64,000 nt of DNA from Desulfosoma sp. GTDB taxonomy: Bacteria > Desulfobacterota > Syntrophobacteria > Syntrophobacterales > DSM-9756. Within the stretch, counting starts at the first letter, position 1, and each line of letters opens with the position of its first letter. This document shows positions 48,268-58,168 of this stretch, in pieces. The stretch covers positions 1-64,000 of the forward strand of contig JBBFKW010000002.1 in assembly GCA_037481835.1 (NCBI GenBank), written 5' to 3'. A model generated the notes under the pieces. That model ran no database searches and was not told where the DNA came from. It saw only the letters and a program-made list of their open reading frames with translations. Made by a program: the position numbers and the translations under genes.

Positions 48268-48753
48268 TTATTTGGATTTCTTGTGTTGCAGCTTGTGGAG
48301 GTTGAGGACCAATTCCACTTCCCCCACGGGCCGGCGGATCCTGGAGGCGATGTCTTGGGGGGAGTGGCCGGCGTCGGCGAGCTGAAGGATGCGTTCCGCC
48401 GGAGTCTTAGGGGAGGAATCCCTCGGCGGGGCGTGGAGGGAGTCCGAGGCGACGGCCCGGTGCTGTTCCAAACGTTTCAAGATGGTTCTCGCTTCTTCGA
48501 GCTTCGCATCCAGGGATTCCAAAAGCTTTTCGATGAGACGTCCTCGCTCCTTCAAGTTCCGATCGAAGGCGTCGCTCAAGGTCTGGGTCTCGGCCAGGAT
48601 GCGTTGGAAAGATTCCACCACATGTTGAGAGGATGCAGAAGAGACGTTTCGGCGTCGGTCCCAAACAAGGGCGAGGACCAGGACAAGGAGCAGTCCGTCG
48701 ACAAAGAGCTGTAGGGTCGAATGCCAATCGCCGAGTTGAAGCCAGGCCCACAT
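48268..48753 (-). CDS. Membrane-anchored coiled-coil protein with C-terminal HTH-like motif (DUF2802/DUF6115-like)
   Basis: N-terminal TM; G.S..DIA......GEVELVL.L. Confidence 0.75.
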   Translation of the reverse strand: MWAWLQLGDWHSTLQLFVDGLLLVLVLALVWDRRRNVSSASSQHVVESFQRILAETQTLSDAFDRNLKERGRLIEKLLESLDAKLEEARTILKRLEQHRAVASDSLHAPPRDSSPKTPAERILQLADAGHSPQDIASRIRRPVGEVELVLNLHKLQHKKSK

Positions 48754-48779
48754 GGGGATGCCTCGAAGCCCTCAAGGGT

Positions 48780-49472
48780 TCAAATCTTCTGGAGATCTTC
48801 CAGTTCCACGGCGGTAATGGCGGCCTGGGGAAAGCGCTTTTGCAATTCCACGAGGAGCTCTTTTTCCACAACGGGGGCCCAGGATCGCCGCACGTTTTTT
48901 TCAGGATGCTGTCGGGAAAGGTAGTCGTACACAGCGTCCCTCAAGGTTACCCTGATGGACGAAAGAATGGCTTCGGCATTGGGGCGGCCGGTGTGCACCG
49001 CGACGGTCATCAACAGGAGGTCTTCCTTCTCCTTGGACTGGGCGGGGAAGAAGACCTCGATGCGTTCGACGGCGCTGGGAACGGCGATGGAATGACGAAC
49101 CTGAACCGGATTCTTGGCCGCGGCCCCCCCAAGGGACGGTTTGAAAAAGAAATGGCGGGCTCCCACGGCGGTCGCGGCGGCAAGGACGACGCCGAAAAGC
49201 CCAAAAATAAGCGCTCGTTTTCTCGTGCTTTTTCCCTCGGAAAGGGAAACTTCCACGGAGGGCTCTTCCGCCTTGGATGGCACGGGATCCGGTTCCGAAG
49301 GAGGTTCTGCGGAGGCTGCCTTTTCGGACGAAGCCGGCTGTTTCTTTTCGATACTCGCAAAGAGAGAGGCCAGATCCGTGTCTGTGTTTTCCACAACGAA
49401 AACACTGTCGTGCCGGCTGGAAGAGCTTCCCGCATTGGCTGAAGAGGTAGTGTTGAGGGGCACGTCCGCCAT
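48780..49472 (-). CDS. Divergent FliL-like protein
   Basis: Single TM followed by LRDAVYDYL FliL-like domain; long low-complexity N-terminus. Confidence 0.6.
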   Translation of the reverse strand: MADVPLNTTSSANAGSSSSRHDSVFVVENTDTDLASLFASIEKKQPASSEKAASAEPPSEPDPVPSKAEEPSVEVSLSEGKSTRKRALIFGLFGVVLAAATAVGARHFFFKPSLGGAAAKNPVQVRHSIAVPSAVERIEVFFPAQSKEKEDLLLMTVAVHTGRPNAEAILSSIRVTLRDAVYDYLSRQHPEKNVRRSWAPVVEKELLVELQKRFPQAAITAVELEDLQKI

Positions 49473-49484
49473 AGTCATCCTTTC

Positions 49485-50327
49485 TTAGCGTTTCTTCGTC
49501 CTGCGCTTTTGTGCCTGTTCGGGCTCCGACTTTCTCAGGGCGGGAACGCCGTCGGGGAGATCCTCCGGGTTCAGCCTCTTGGCGAGCCGAAGGCGCAGTT
49601 TGAGCACGGCTTGGGTATGGATCTGAGAAATGCGCGATTCCGTATATCCCATGACGGCCCCGACTTCTTTCATGGTCAGCTCTTCGAAGTAGTAAAGGGA
49701 CAGAACGAGTTTTTCTTTCTCATCGAGGGTTTCGATGCATTCGGCAAGGATCTGCTGCATTTGTCCCTTGTGGATGCGATGAAAAATTTCGTCGGGGTCC
49801 GTGGCCAAATGGGCCGCTTCGCGGTTTTCCTGGATATATTCGTTCAAATCTTCAGGAATGAAGGAGATGCCTTTGAGGCTGTCGACCAGTTCGAAGTAGG
49901 CGTCCAGATCCAAACCCAATTCGGCGGCGATCTCTTCGTCTTCGGGAAATCGTCCCAGTTTTTTTTCCAGAGCGGCACAGACCTTTTCCATTTCCGAAGA
50001 TTTTTGCCGAAGCGAGCGAGGGATCCAGTCCATGCTGCGGATTTCGTCCAGCATGGCGCCCCGGATGCGGATCTTCGCATAATTTTCGAACGACACACCT
50101 TGGTTGGGGTCGTACTTGGCCATGGCGTCCATGAGGCCGATGACGCCGGCGGCGCACAGATCTTCCATGCTGGTGGTGCTGGGAAGACGGGCGGCCAATC
50201 GATACGCGGTATGGCGCACGAGAGGATAGTATTTGAGGATGGCCTCGTCTCGACTGGCGCATCCCAGTCGGAAAGGATCAGCGTCTTCAGGGTAAGACTG
50301 TTTGACGGGTGCAGGGTTCAGGTTCAT
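49485..50327 (-). CDS. fliA: RNA polymerase sigma28
   Basis: RIRGAMLDE.R..DW.PRS, YYFEELT.KE.G......ESR.SQ.H. Confidence 0.96.
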   Translation of the reverse strand: MNLNPAPVKQSYPEDADPFRLGCASRDEAILKYYPLVRHTAYRLAARLPSTTSMEDLCAAGVIGLMDAMAKYDPNQGVSFENYAKIRIRGAMLDEIRSMDWIPRSLRQKSSEMEKVCAALEKKLGRFPEDEEIAAELGLDLDAYFELVDSLKGISFIPEDLNEYIQENREAAHLATDPDEIFHRIHKGQMQQILAECIETLDEKEKLVLSLYYFEELTMKEVGAVMGYTESRISQIHTQAVLKLRLRLAKRLNPEDLPDGVPALRKSEPEQAQKRRTKKR

Positions 50328-50343
50328 CACGATCTCCGGTTCG

Positions 50344-51231
50344 TTAAACCTGCAGGAGTCGCTTCCAGAAAAACTGGATGGTTCCCTTTGGTATGGCAGG
50401 GGCTTCCCGGGCAAGACGTCGGGCGATATCCATGAAAGCCCGGGAGGCGGGCGCTCCGGGAAAAACTTCCAGCAGAGCCTTCTGGCGCCGAACGGCTTCG
50501 GGGACGCTGGGGTCTCGGGGGATCCACCCCAGGTAATCCAAGGACATGCCGTCCAAGAAATGATCGGCCACCCGGCTGAGCTTTGCGAAAACGGATCGGC
50601 CTTCCTTTTCATCGGCGACCCCGTTGGTAAGGATCCGGAAGGAGCGCTCGCCGTGCCGGGTGAACATGACCTTGATAAAGGCGTAGGCATCGGTGAGGGA
50701 CGTGGGCTCAGGGGTCACCACCACGATTTTTTCCTGGGCCGCCACGTTGAAATAGAGCACCGTGTCGGAAATGCCCGCCCCGGTGTCGATGAGCAGCACG
50801 TCCACGTCCGTTTCCAAATCGTCCAGAAGGTCCACGAGGAAGAGCTTCTGTTCCTGGGTCAATTGGGTGAGTTTCTGCACACCCGAACTGGCCGGCATGA
50901 TGCGGATGTTTCCGGGCCCGGCAACGAGCACCTCTTCGAACCGGCGGCTGCCGTCCAAAACGTGACTGATGTTGTGAACCGGGGTGAGACCGAGAAGGAC
51001 GTCCACGTTGGCCAAACCCAAATCGGCGTCCAAAATCATCACGCGCTTGCCCAGGCGATCCAAAGCCACGGCGAGATTGACCACAACATTGCTCTTGCCC
51101 ACCCCTCCTTTGCCGCTGCTGACCGACAAAGTCCGAACGACGGCTTCCGCATGAGGAGCGTGCAAAGATCGGCTTTCGTTCCAAGGATCACGAGATGAGG
51201 TCCTCTTGCGAAGTCCGAGCGCCTGATCCAT
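50344..51231 (-). CDS. flhG: MinD-like flagellar number regulator
   Basis: MDQA..LR, GKGGVGKS, DADLGLAN, PEPTS.TDAYA. Confidence 0.95.
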   Translation of the reverse strand: MDQALGLRKRTSSRDPWNESRSLHAPHAEAVVRTLSVSSGKGGVGKSNVVVNLAVALDRLGKRVMILDADLGLANVDVLLGLTPVHNISHVLDGSRRFEEVLVAGPGNIRIMPASSGVQKLTQLTQEQKLFLVDLLDDLETDVDVLLIDTGAGISDTVLYFNVAAQEKIVVVTPEPTSLTDAYAFIKVMFTRHGERSFRILTNGVADEKEGRSVFAKLSRVADHFLDGMSLDYLGWIPRDPSVPEAVRRQKALLEVFPGAPASRAFMDIARRLAREAPAIPKGTIQFFWKRLLQV

Positions 51232-51254
51232 ATCCTCCCTTTCTCCTCACCCTT

Positions 51255-52355
51255 TCAGTGCCCGCGTGGAAAAAAGAACCCCAAAATGCGCTTGTGGGTC
51301 GCTCTGACCAAATCCTCGGGGACCCTCTGGCCTACGCCGAAATATGACAGGGGGTAAGCGAATCGAAACACGGGGTTGAGGATCGTCCCGGGAGTGAGCG
51401 TTTCATCGATTTTCGTAAAAATGAGGCTTTCCGGACCCAGAGGACGAAACCTTTGGATGACGTGACGCACATCCTCGTCCTTGGCCGTGGCGCTCAAGAC
51501 CAGGAAGTGGGACACCCCGTCCACGTCCCGAAAAATTTCCTGAAGATCCTGGATGCTGCTGCCGCTGAGGTAATTGCGTCCGGTGGTGTCCACCAAGACC
51601 ACGGGACAGTCCTTGAGGGCCTCACGGGCCGAAACCAATTCCAGGCGCGTCTGGGCCACCTTCAGGGGGACGTCCAAAATATCCGCATAGGTTTTCAGCT
51701 GATCCAGAGCCCCGATGCGGTAAGTGTCCAACGAAATGAGCCCGACGGGCACCTTCTTCTTGAGCTTGAGATAGGCTGCAATCTTGGCGAGTGTGGTCGT
51801 CTTTCCCACGCCTGTCGGCCCCAAAAACACATACAACCTGGGAGACCCTCCCACCCCTTCGTCCACCCGGGCAAAAGGATCTGTGAGGCCCACTCTGTCA
51901 TTGAGTTGACGACTCAAGGCGTCCAAAAGTTGACTCTTCGTGGGGCCTTCTTTGGGGCACGCGGAAAGGATGTTTTCGAGGAGCGTGAAGGCGGTTTTTT
52001 CGTTAAGGCCCCGAAGGAGCAGGTGTTGGAAGAGGTCCGAGACAGCTTTTTGGCCGTGGAGGCGCATGAAGGCGTCTTTGGCCGAAAGGAGCAGGGACAG
52101 CATGCCTCGGATGTCTTCGAGCTGTTCTTGGACAGTGGGGTCCTCGGGGGGCGGGGGGGACGCGTTGGGAGCTGGTTTGCCGGGCAGGTCAGCGGGAGTC
52201 CCCCGATCCACGGCGGCCGTGATTTCGACGCACGATGTGCCTTCAGGGCTTTTGACCTTTCGGGTGCCTAAAAGGACGGCGTCGGGTCCCAGTTCCCGGC
52301 GGACCCATTCCAGTGCCTGGGGCATTGTGGGCGCGACAAAGGTCTTAACCTGCAT
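51255..52355 (-). CDS. flhF: SRP-family GTPase
   Basis: GPTGVGKTTT, DTYRIGA, TKIDE, GQRVPED. Confidence 0.95.
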   Translation of the reverse strand: MQVKTFVAPTMPQALEWVRRELGPDAVLLGTRKVKSPEGTSCVEITAAVDRGTPADLPGKPAPNASPPPPEDPTVQEQLEDIRGMLSLLLSAKDAFMRLHGQKAVSDLFQHLLLRGLNEKTAFTLLENILSACPKEGPTKSQLLDALSRQLNDRVGLTDPFARVDEGVGGSPRLYVFLGPTGVGKTTTLAKIAAYLKLKKKVPVGLISLDTYRIGALDQLKTYADILDVPLKVAQTRLELVSAREALKDCPVVLVDTTGRNYLSGSSIQDLQEIFRDVDGVSHFLVLSATAKDEDVRHVIQRFRPLGPESLIFTKIDETLTPGTILNPVFRFAYPLSYFGVGQRVPEDLVRATHKRILGFFFPRGH

Positions 52356-54450
52356 GGACCCCTCGAATCATGCCGACGGATTGGATTTCGGACAAATTCG
52401 TCAATTCGCTGTGACTGATCACCACCACTTCAGGCAAGAAGCGTTCCAAAAGCTTTTTCAAATGGCGCCGCACCATGGGGGAGGTGAGGATCACGGGGTG
52501 ATGGCCGGCGTTGGCCGCCCGCTGCACTTCCGTGGTGGTGGACTGGATGATCTTGTGCAGAAAATCGGGATCGATGGAAAGGAACGATCCGTGTTCCGTT
52601 TTTTGGATGCTTTGGGCGAGTTTTTCTTCGAGCTGCGGATGCACCGTGAGCACGTGGAGTTTCCCGTTTTCCTTTTCGTAGGGGCGGGTGATGGTTCGCG
52701 CCAGGGCCTGTCGCACGTATTCGGTGAGGATGTCCGGGTCCTTGGTCACCGTGCCGTGGTCGGCCAAAGTTTCGCAGATGGTCTGGAGGTCCCGGATGGA
52801 GACCTTTTCCCGCACCAGGTTTTGGAGCACCTTCTGGATGACGCCAAGAGGCAGCGGGTTCGGGGTCAATTCTTCGATGAGTTTGGGTTGGGATTGGGCC
52901 ACCATGTCCAGGAGTTTTTGGACGGTTTGCCGAGTCAGGAATTCGTCGGCGTGCTTCTTGAAAAGTTCCGTCAAATGGGTGGCGACAACCGTCGAAAGGT
53001 CGATCAGGGTGTAACCGGCCCGTGCTGCGGCTTCCTTGTTCTTGTCGGCGACCCACAGGGCCGGCAAACCGAAGGCCGGGTCCTTGGTGGGAATGCCTTC
53101 CACGCTGGGCTGACGGTCGGAGGTGGGCAACGCCAAGTGGTGGCCCAGCATGAGTTCCGCTCGGGCGATGGGGTTTCCCTTGAGCAACAGGCGGTATTCG
53201 GACGGCTTAAGCTGGAGGTTGTCCCGAACGTGCAGTGACGGAACGACGATGCCGTATTCCAGGGCCAATTGCTGACGGATGGATCGGATGCGGCCCAAAA
53301 GATCGGAGGGGTGGTCCCCGTCCACCAAGGGGATCAAGCCGTAGCCCACTTCCAGTTCCAGGAGGTCCAGCGGAGGGGGCAGCGCCGAGGCGCTCTTGTC
53401 TTCCTTTTTCTGTTCGACGCCGGCCTGCTGCGCTGTCTTTCGCGCGTCGGCTTTCTGCTTTTGGGTTTTTTGATAGGCAAGGCCCAAGAGCCCGCCGCCG
53501 ACGAGCATCAAAGGCACAAAGGGAAACCCGGGCACCAGGGCCAGGGCGCAGAGCATCCCGCCGGTGATGCTTAAGGGCTTGGGATTCACGGCCAACTGCC
53601 TCTTGAACGCTTCGCCCATGCCTTGGTCCAGTTCGGCGCGGCTGACCAGGACGCCTGCGGCGGTGGAAATGATCAAGGCGGGGATTTGGGACACCAACCC
53701 GTCTCCGACGGTCAGCAACGTGTAGTTCTTGAGGGCTTCCACGATGTCCATGCCCCGTTGCAGCACCCCGATGGCCAGCCCCCCAAGGATGTTGATCAAC
53801 GTGATGAGGATCCCCGCGATGGCATCTCCGCGCACGAACTTGCTCGCGCCGTCCATGCTCCCGTAGAAGTCCGCTTCCCTCATAATTTCAGCACGACGCT
53901 CCCGGGCCTTCTTTTCATCGATGAGGCCGGCGTTGAGGTCGGCGTCGATGCTCATCTGTTTTCCGGGCATGGCGTCCAAGGTAAAGCGGGCGGCCACTTC
54001 CGAGATGCGCTCTGTCCCCTTGGTGATCACCACGAAATTGACGATGACCAAAATGATGAAGATCACCAAGCCGATGACGTAGTTGCCGCCGACGACGAAT
54101 TGCCCGAACGCCTCAATGATGTGGCCGGCGGCGTCCGTCCCCTGGTCCCCCTTGAGAAGGATGAGGCGGGTGCTGGCCACGTTGAGGGCCAGTCGAAACA
54201 GGGTGGTGATGAGCAAGAGGGTGGGGAAGATGCCGAAATCCAGAGGCTTGGCCGAGTAGATGGTGGTCAAGAGAATGAGGATGCCGAAGGAGATGTTGAC
54301 GGCCAGGAAAACGTCCATGACCTGGCTGGGAATGGGCAAGAGCATGACTGCCAGAATCATGACGACGCCGACGCCCAGAACCGCCTCAGTGTCGCTCACC
54401 CCCTTGAGGTTCCATCGCACGCGGGACATTCCGGAAGAAGTCGCTGGCAT
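52345..54450 (-). CDS. flhA: Flagellar export gate protein
   Basis: EVAARFTLDAMPGKQMSIDADL, FYGSMDGASKFV.GD. Confidence 0.97.
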   Translation of the reverse strand: MPATSSGMSRVRWNLKGVSDTEAVLGVGVVMILAVMLLPIPSQVMDVFLAVNISFGILILLTTIYSAKPLDFGIFPTLLLITTLFRLALNVASTRLILLKGDQGTDAAGHIIEAFGQFVVGGNYVIGLVIFIILVIVNFVVITKGTERISEVAARFTLDAMPGKQMSIDADLNAGLIDEKKARERRAEIMREADFYGSMDGASKFVRGDAIAGILITLINILGGLAIGVLQRGMDIVEALKNYTLLTVGDGLVSQIPALIISTAAGVLVSRAELDQGMGEAFKRQLAVNPKPLSITGGMLCALALVPGFPFVPLMLVGGGLLGLAYQKTQKQKADARKTAQQAGVEQKKEDKSASALPPPLDLLELEVGYGLIPLVDGDHPSDLLGRIRSIRQQLALEYGIVVPSLHVRDNLQLKPSEYRLLLKGNPIARAELMLGHHLALPTSDRQPSVEGIPTKDPAFGLPALWVADKNKEAAARAGYTLIDLSTVVATHLTELFKKHADEFLTRQTVQKLLDMVAQSQPKLIEELTPNPLPLGVIQKVLQNLVREKVSIRDLQTICETLADHGTVTKDPDILTEYVRQALARTITRPYEKENGKLHVLTVHPQLEEKLAQSIQKTEHGSFLSIDPDFLHKIIQSTTTEVQRAANAGHHPVILTSPMVRRHLKKLLERFLPEVVVISHSELTNLSEIQSVGMIRGVHAG

Positions 54451-54459
54451 GGGCTCATC

Positions 54460-55521
54460 CTATGGTGTGGACCGACGTTGCTGATAGACGTACGCCAGGA
54501 CTTTGGCCACAGCCCGATACAGGGTTTCGGGGATGACCTGATCCAGCTTCACCTGGTGATACAAGGCGCGTGCCAAGGGCGGATTCTGCACCACGGGAAC
54601 CCTGTGTTCCCGGGCGATGCGGATGATGTTTTGGGCGATGAGATTCATGCCTTTGGCGACCACCTTGGGGGCCTGCAGGCCCTCCTTGTAGAAGAGGGCC
54701 ACGGCGTAATGGGTCGGGTTCGTGACGACAACCGTGGCCCTGGGGACCTTGGACATCATGCGTTGGCGCGCCAAGGTCCTTTGAATGGAGCGGATGCGGG
54801 ACTTGATCTGGGGGTTTCCTTCGCTTTGCTTGTGCTCTTCCTTGACTTCTTGTTTCGTCATCATGAGGTCCTTGATGTACTGCCAGCGCTGATAGGCAAA
54901 ATCCAAAATGGCCAGGACCAAAATGAATGCCCCGGCCTTCCACACGAACCGGAACACGATGCGGCCCGTCTCACGGCCGATGCCGAAAAGATCGTGGTGG
55001 ACAAGGGTCGCCAAGGATTCCCGTTCGCTTTGGAACACGGAATAGAGCACACAACCGATGATGAGGATTTTCAGGAATGATTTGGCCGTTTCCGCAAAAA
55101 ACCGCACCTGAGCGAACCGCTTGAGGCCGTTGAGGGGGTTCAATTTGGAAAATTTAGGTTCCAGGGCTTTGGGAGCGAACAGGAAGCCTTTGAGCTGCAC
55201 GAGATTGACCGCGACAGCGGTTGCCAGGGCCGCGAGGATCCCCGGAGCCGCCATGAGAAAAAATGCCTGGAAGACGGAAACCGCGAGGGCCTTTCCCGAA
55301 AGCCCGCTTTCCGGAAGAGCGAACCCGTGGGGCCAAAGCTGATCCAAGAGGGCTCGGAATTGTTCGGGAAACTTCTTGATCTGGAAAGATGCGGCAAGCC
55401 AGCCTGCGCAAAGCACCGCAAGGGACGTGAGCTCTTGGCTCTTGGGGACGTTTCCCTTGCGGCGCGCTTCCGCCAGGCGCTTCCCCGTTGGCTTTTCCGT
55501 TCTTTCTTGAGCTCCCGCCAT
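54460..55521 (-). CDS. flhB: Flagellar export switch protein
   Basis: TEKPT..RL..AR..G and NPTH autocleavage motif. Confidence 0.96.
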   Translation of the reverse strand: MAGAQERTEKPTGKRLAEARRKGNVPKSQELTSLAVLCAGWLAASFQIKKFPEQFRALLDQLWPHGFALPESGLSGKALAVSVFQAFFLMAAPGILAALATAVAVNLVQLKGFLFAPKALEPKFSKLNPLNGLKRFAQVRFFAETAKSFLKILIIGCVLYSVFQSERESLATLVHHDLFGIGRETGRIVFRFVWKAGAFILVLAILDFAYQRWQYIKDLMMTKQEVKEEHKQSEGNPQIKSRIRSIQRTLARQRMMSKVPRATVVVTNPTHYAVALFYKEGLQAPKVVAKGMNLIAQNIIRIAREHRVPVVQNPPLARALYHQVKLDQVIPETLYRAVAKVLAYVYQQRRSTP

Positions 55522-55585
55522 GGGCACACGTCTCGTTCAGGATCGGGGATTTCCTGACACGTGGATCGTCAATTCCTCGACGTCT

Positions 55586-56359
55586 TCACGAAAGGCCGAC
55601 GGCTCGGAAGAATTTCAGAAGCACGGTCAGGGCGGTGGACACCGATTGAGCCCATTCCGGCAGGGACAGAAGGGCAAAGAAAATGCCAACGCCGATGGTG
55701 ATGGGAAAGCTCACCATGAGGACGTTGATCTGCGGGGAGAACTTGGCCACAAGGGCGAAGCCGGCCTGGAGCAGCAGTTGGGCGCTCATGACCGGAGCGG
55801 CGATCTTCAGGGCGATGACGAAAAGCCGTCCCGAGAGGGTGAAAATGTTGTGCACGATGTTTGGGGTGGGCAGGAAGCTTCCGACGGGCACGGCCTGAAA
55901 ACTTTCGATGAAGGTGCGGATGACGACGAGGTGCCCCTGAATGGCGAAGAAGAAGAGTGTGGCCAGAATCTGCAGCCATTGGCTCAGGAGCACGTCTTGG
56001 GTTCCGTTTTGAGGATCCACCACTTGGGCAAAACCGAGCCCCATTTGAAAGGCCATGAGCTGGCCTGCCATGTGGAAAGCGCCGTAGATGACGTGCATGG
56101 AAAGGGCGAAGAGTGTGGCGTAGATGAGTTCACTGATCATGGTCCCCGCGAGGGGCAAAGGTTCCAAGGGGAGGGGGGGGACGGAGGGGGCCGTAAGGGG
56201 TGCGGCCATAAAAGATAAGGCCCACACGGACCAGGCTTTGACGGCCATGGGGACTTGGCGCGTTCTAAAGACGGGAAGAAGGAACAAAACGAGACTGAGG
56301 CGAAGGAGGACGCTCAAAAAAACGCGGATCTGCACTGTATCGATATGAAATGTGACCAT
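55586..56359 (-). CDS. fliR: Flagellar export protein
   Basis: AGQ....QMGL......DP and PQIN motifs. Confidence 0.93.
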   Translation of the reverse strand: MVTFHIDTVQIRVFLSVLLRLSLVLFLLPVFRTRQVPMAVKAWSVWALSFMAAPLTAPSVPPLPLEPLPLAGTMISELIYATLFALSMHVIYGAFHMAGQLMAFQMGLGFAQVVDPQNGTQDVLLSQWLQILATLFFFAIQGHLVVIRTFIESFQAVPVGSFLPTPNIVHNIFTLSGRLFVIALKIAAPVMSAQLLLQAGFALVAKFSPQINVLMVSFPITIGVGIFFALLSLPEWAQSVSTALTVLLKFFRAVGLS

Positions 56360-56391
56360 GACGCCCCATCGTCCCGGCTGTGCCCTTCCCG

Positions 56392-56661
56392 TCACCGGAT
56401 CCAGTACGGCATGTTTTCCAGGAGGGTTCGCGTAAAAGAAAGCATACGGCCGGTCATCCAGGATCCGAAGGCGAGCAGGGCGAGGAACGTGATCACGATC
56501 TTAGGGACGAAGGTGAGGGTCATTTCCTGGATTTGGGTCACGGCTTGAAACAGGCTGATGAGCACTCCGACGACGAGACTGGTGAGCAACACGGGCAGAC
56601 TGACCATCAGCATGGTTTCCAGGGCTTGGCGGGCAAGGCCGATGACGAATTCTTGGGTCAT
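56392..56661 (-). CDS. fliQ: Flagellar export protein
   Basis: FQAVTQIQEMTLTFVPK. Confidence 0.96.
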   Translation of the reverse strand: MTQEFVIGLARQALETMLMVSLPVLLTSLVVGVLISLFQAVTQIQEMTLTFVPKIVITFLALLAFGSWMTGRMLSFTRTLLENMPYWIR

Positions 56662-56673
56662 GGCACAGGGTCC

Positions 56674-57444
56674 TTAGGAAAAGCTTTTCACCAGGGAGCC
56701 GATCAGGAGGTTCCAGCCGTCCACGAGGACAAAGAGCATGAGTTTGAACGGCAGGGAAATCATCACCGGAGGAAGCATCATCATGCCCATGGACAAAAGA
56801 ACACTGGCTACCACCATGTCCAAAACAAGGAAGGGGATATAAAGCAGAAAGCCGATCTGGAAGGCGGTTTTCAATTCACTGATGACGAAGGCGGGGACCA
56901 CCGCCGAAAGGGGGACGTCGTCCGGACCGCGGGGCTTCTGGTCGCCGGTGAAGGACATGAAGAGCTTGAGGTCTTTCGTGCGGGTTTGCTTCATCATGAA
57001 GGCTTTGAGCGGCGCGACGGCGCGCTCGAGGAAGGCTTCCCCGCCGATGGCCTGGTTCTGGAACGGAATGACGGCCTCCCGGTGGATCTCCTGCCAGACG
57101 GGCCACATGATGGAAAAGGTGAGAAAAAGGGCCAGCCCCACGATCACCTGGTTGGGTGGGGATTGCTGGGTGCCCAAGGCGGTGCGCAGGAAAGCCAAAA
57201 CCACGGCCAACCGCGTAAAGCAGGTCATGAGAAGAAGGATGGACGGGGCGATGGAAAGAACGGTAATGATGAAAATGATTTTCAACAGGCCGGAAACCTG
57301 CTCCGCTCCCGCAGAGTCATCCCACTGGAGCCGAAAGGCGGGCAGATTGAGGTCGGCGGCCCAGGCGCCGTGGGGGATGAGGATCACGGCAAGGACCAGA
57401 GCAAAGAGCATGGCGCCGATAAGGCCGGAGGTTCGGGACTTCAT
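56674..57444 (-). CDS. fliP: Flagellar export protein
   Basis: PPNQV, ISELKTAFQIG, MGMMMLPP..ISLPFK...FVLVDGW. Confidence 0.96.
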   Translation of the reverse strand: MKSRTSGLIGAMLFALVLAVILIPHGAWAADLNLPAFRLQWDDSAGAEQVSGLLKIIFIITVLSIAPSILLLMTCFTRLAVVLAFLRTALGTQQSPPNQVIVGLALFLTFSIMWPVWQEIHREAVIPFQNQAIGGEAFLERAVAPLKAFMMKQTRTKDLKLFMSFTGDQKPRGPDDVPLSAVVPAFVISELKTAFQIGFLLYIPFLVLDMVVASVLLSMGMMMLPPVMISLPFKLMLFVLVDGWNLLIGSLVKSFS

Positions 57445-57746
57445 GGCCGTTCGTCCTCCAAGGGCGACCTGTCCGCAAGGGGGGCACTCGCCGCGTGCAC
57501 TGGAGCCAAGAACGAAAGTCCTTGCGGGGACATGCCCAGAAGCAAAGTGTCTTCGGCAACGCGAACGAGCAGAAGGCAATGTTTCGGGCCGAGATAGCGC
57601 CGTTCCAAAACGTTTATGAGCGCTTTGTCGGATCGGTCGGCAAACCGGTGGCCCCAGCGCTTAAGCGCGAAGGCGGCGCCGAAGAGCACAAGGATCACGA
57701 CGGCAAGGGCGCCGAAGGTTTTCAGTGCCTGCACGGTGAGATCCAT
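57441..57746 (-). CDS. fliO: Flagellar biogenesis protein
   Basis: TM plus LGPK..LLLVRV....LLG; between fliN and fliP. Confidence 0.88.
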   Translation of the reverse strand: MDLTVQALKTFGALAVVILVLFGAAFALKRWGHRFADRSDKALINVLERRYLGPKHCLLLVRVAEDTLLLGMSPQGLSFLAPVHAASAPLADRSPLEDERP

Positions 57747-57750
57747 GGCC

Positions 57751-58143
57751 CTATCCCAGCTGTTTGACCCGTTCCATGGGGCTTACGATGTCGGTGATGC
57801 GCACCCCGAACTTTTCATTGACGACCACCGCTTCCCCGCGGGCCACCAATCGATTGTTGACAAGAATTTCCAAGGGTTCCCCGGCGAACTTGTTGAGTTC
57901 CACCACGGAGCCTTGGCCGAGCTGCAACAGGTCGTTGATGAGGAGCTTGGCCCGGCCCAATTCAACGGACACTTCCAGCGGCAGGTCCAGGATGAATTCC
58001 AGATCCCGAATGTCTTTCCTGAGCGCCGCCTCTGCGTTTTCGGCGGCTTCGGCCTGCCCGGCCCCGGCATGGGGGGCGGATACCTTGGGGGCGTCCATGG
58101 GTTCCAAGGAGACGGCATCCTTGATGATGTTCTGATCGGCCAT
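57751..58143 (-). CDS. fliN: C-ring switch protein
   Basis: LDLPLEVSVELG, GEAVVVNEKFGVRIT. Confidence 0.95.
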   Translation of the reverse strand: MADQNIIKDAVSLEPMDAPKVSAPHAGAGQAEAAENAEAALRKDIRDLEFILDLPLEVSVELGRAKLLINDLLQLGQGSVVELNKFAGEPLEILVNNRLVARGEAVVVNEKFGVRITDIVSPMERVKQLG

Positions 58144-58168
58144 GACGGTCACTCCCTGTCCCGTTCGG

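Noticed and set aside
53623..55080. Long antisense ORFs (also 34183-35538, 36293-37525, 60687-61934 and others)
   Set aside because: Shadows of well-supported genes in high-GC DNA; no recognisable motifs.
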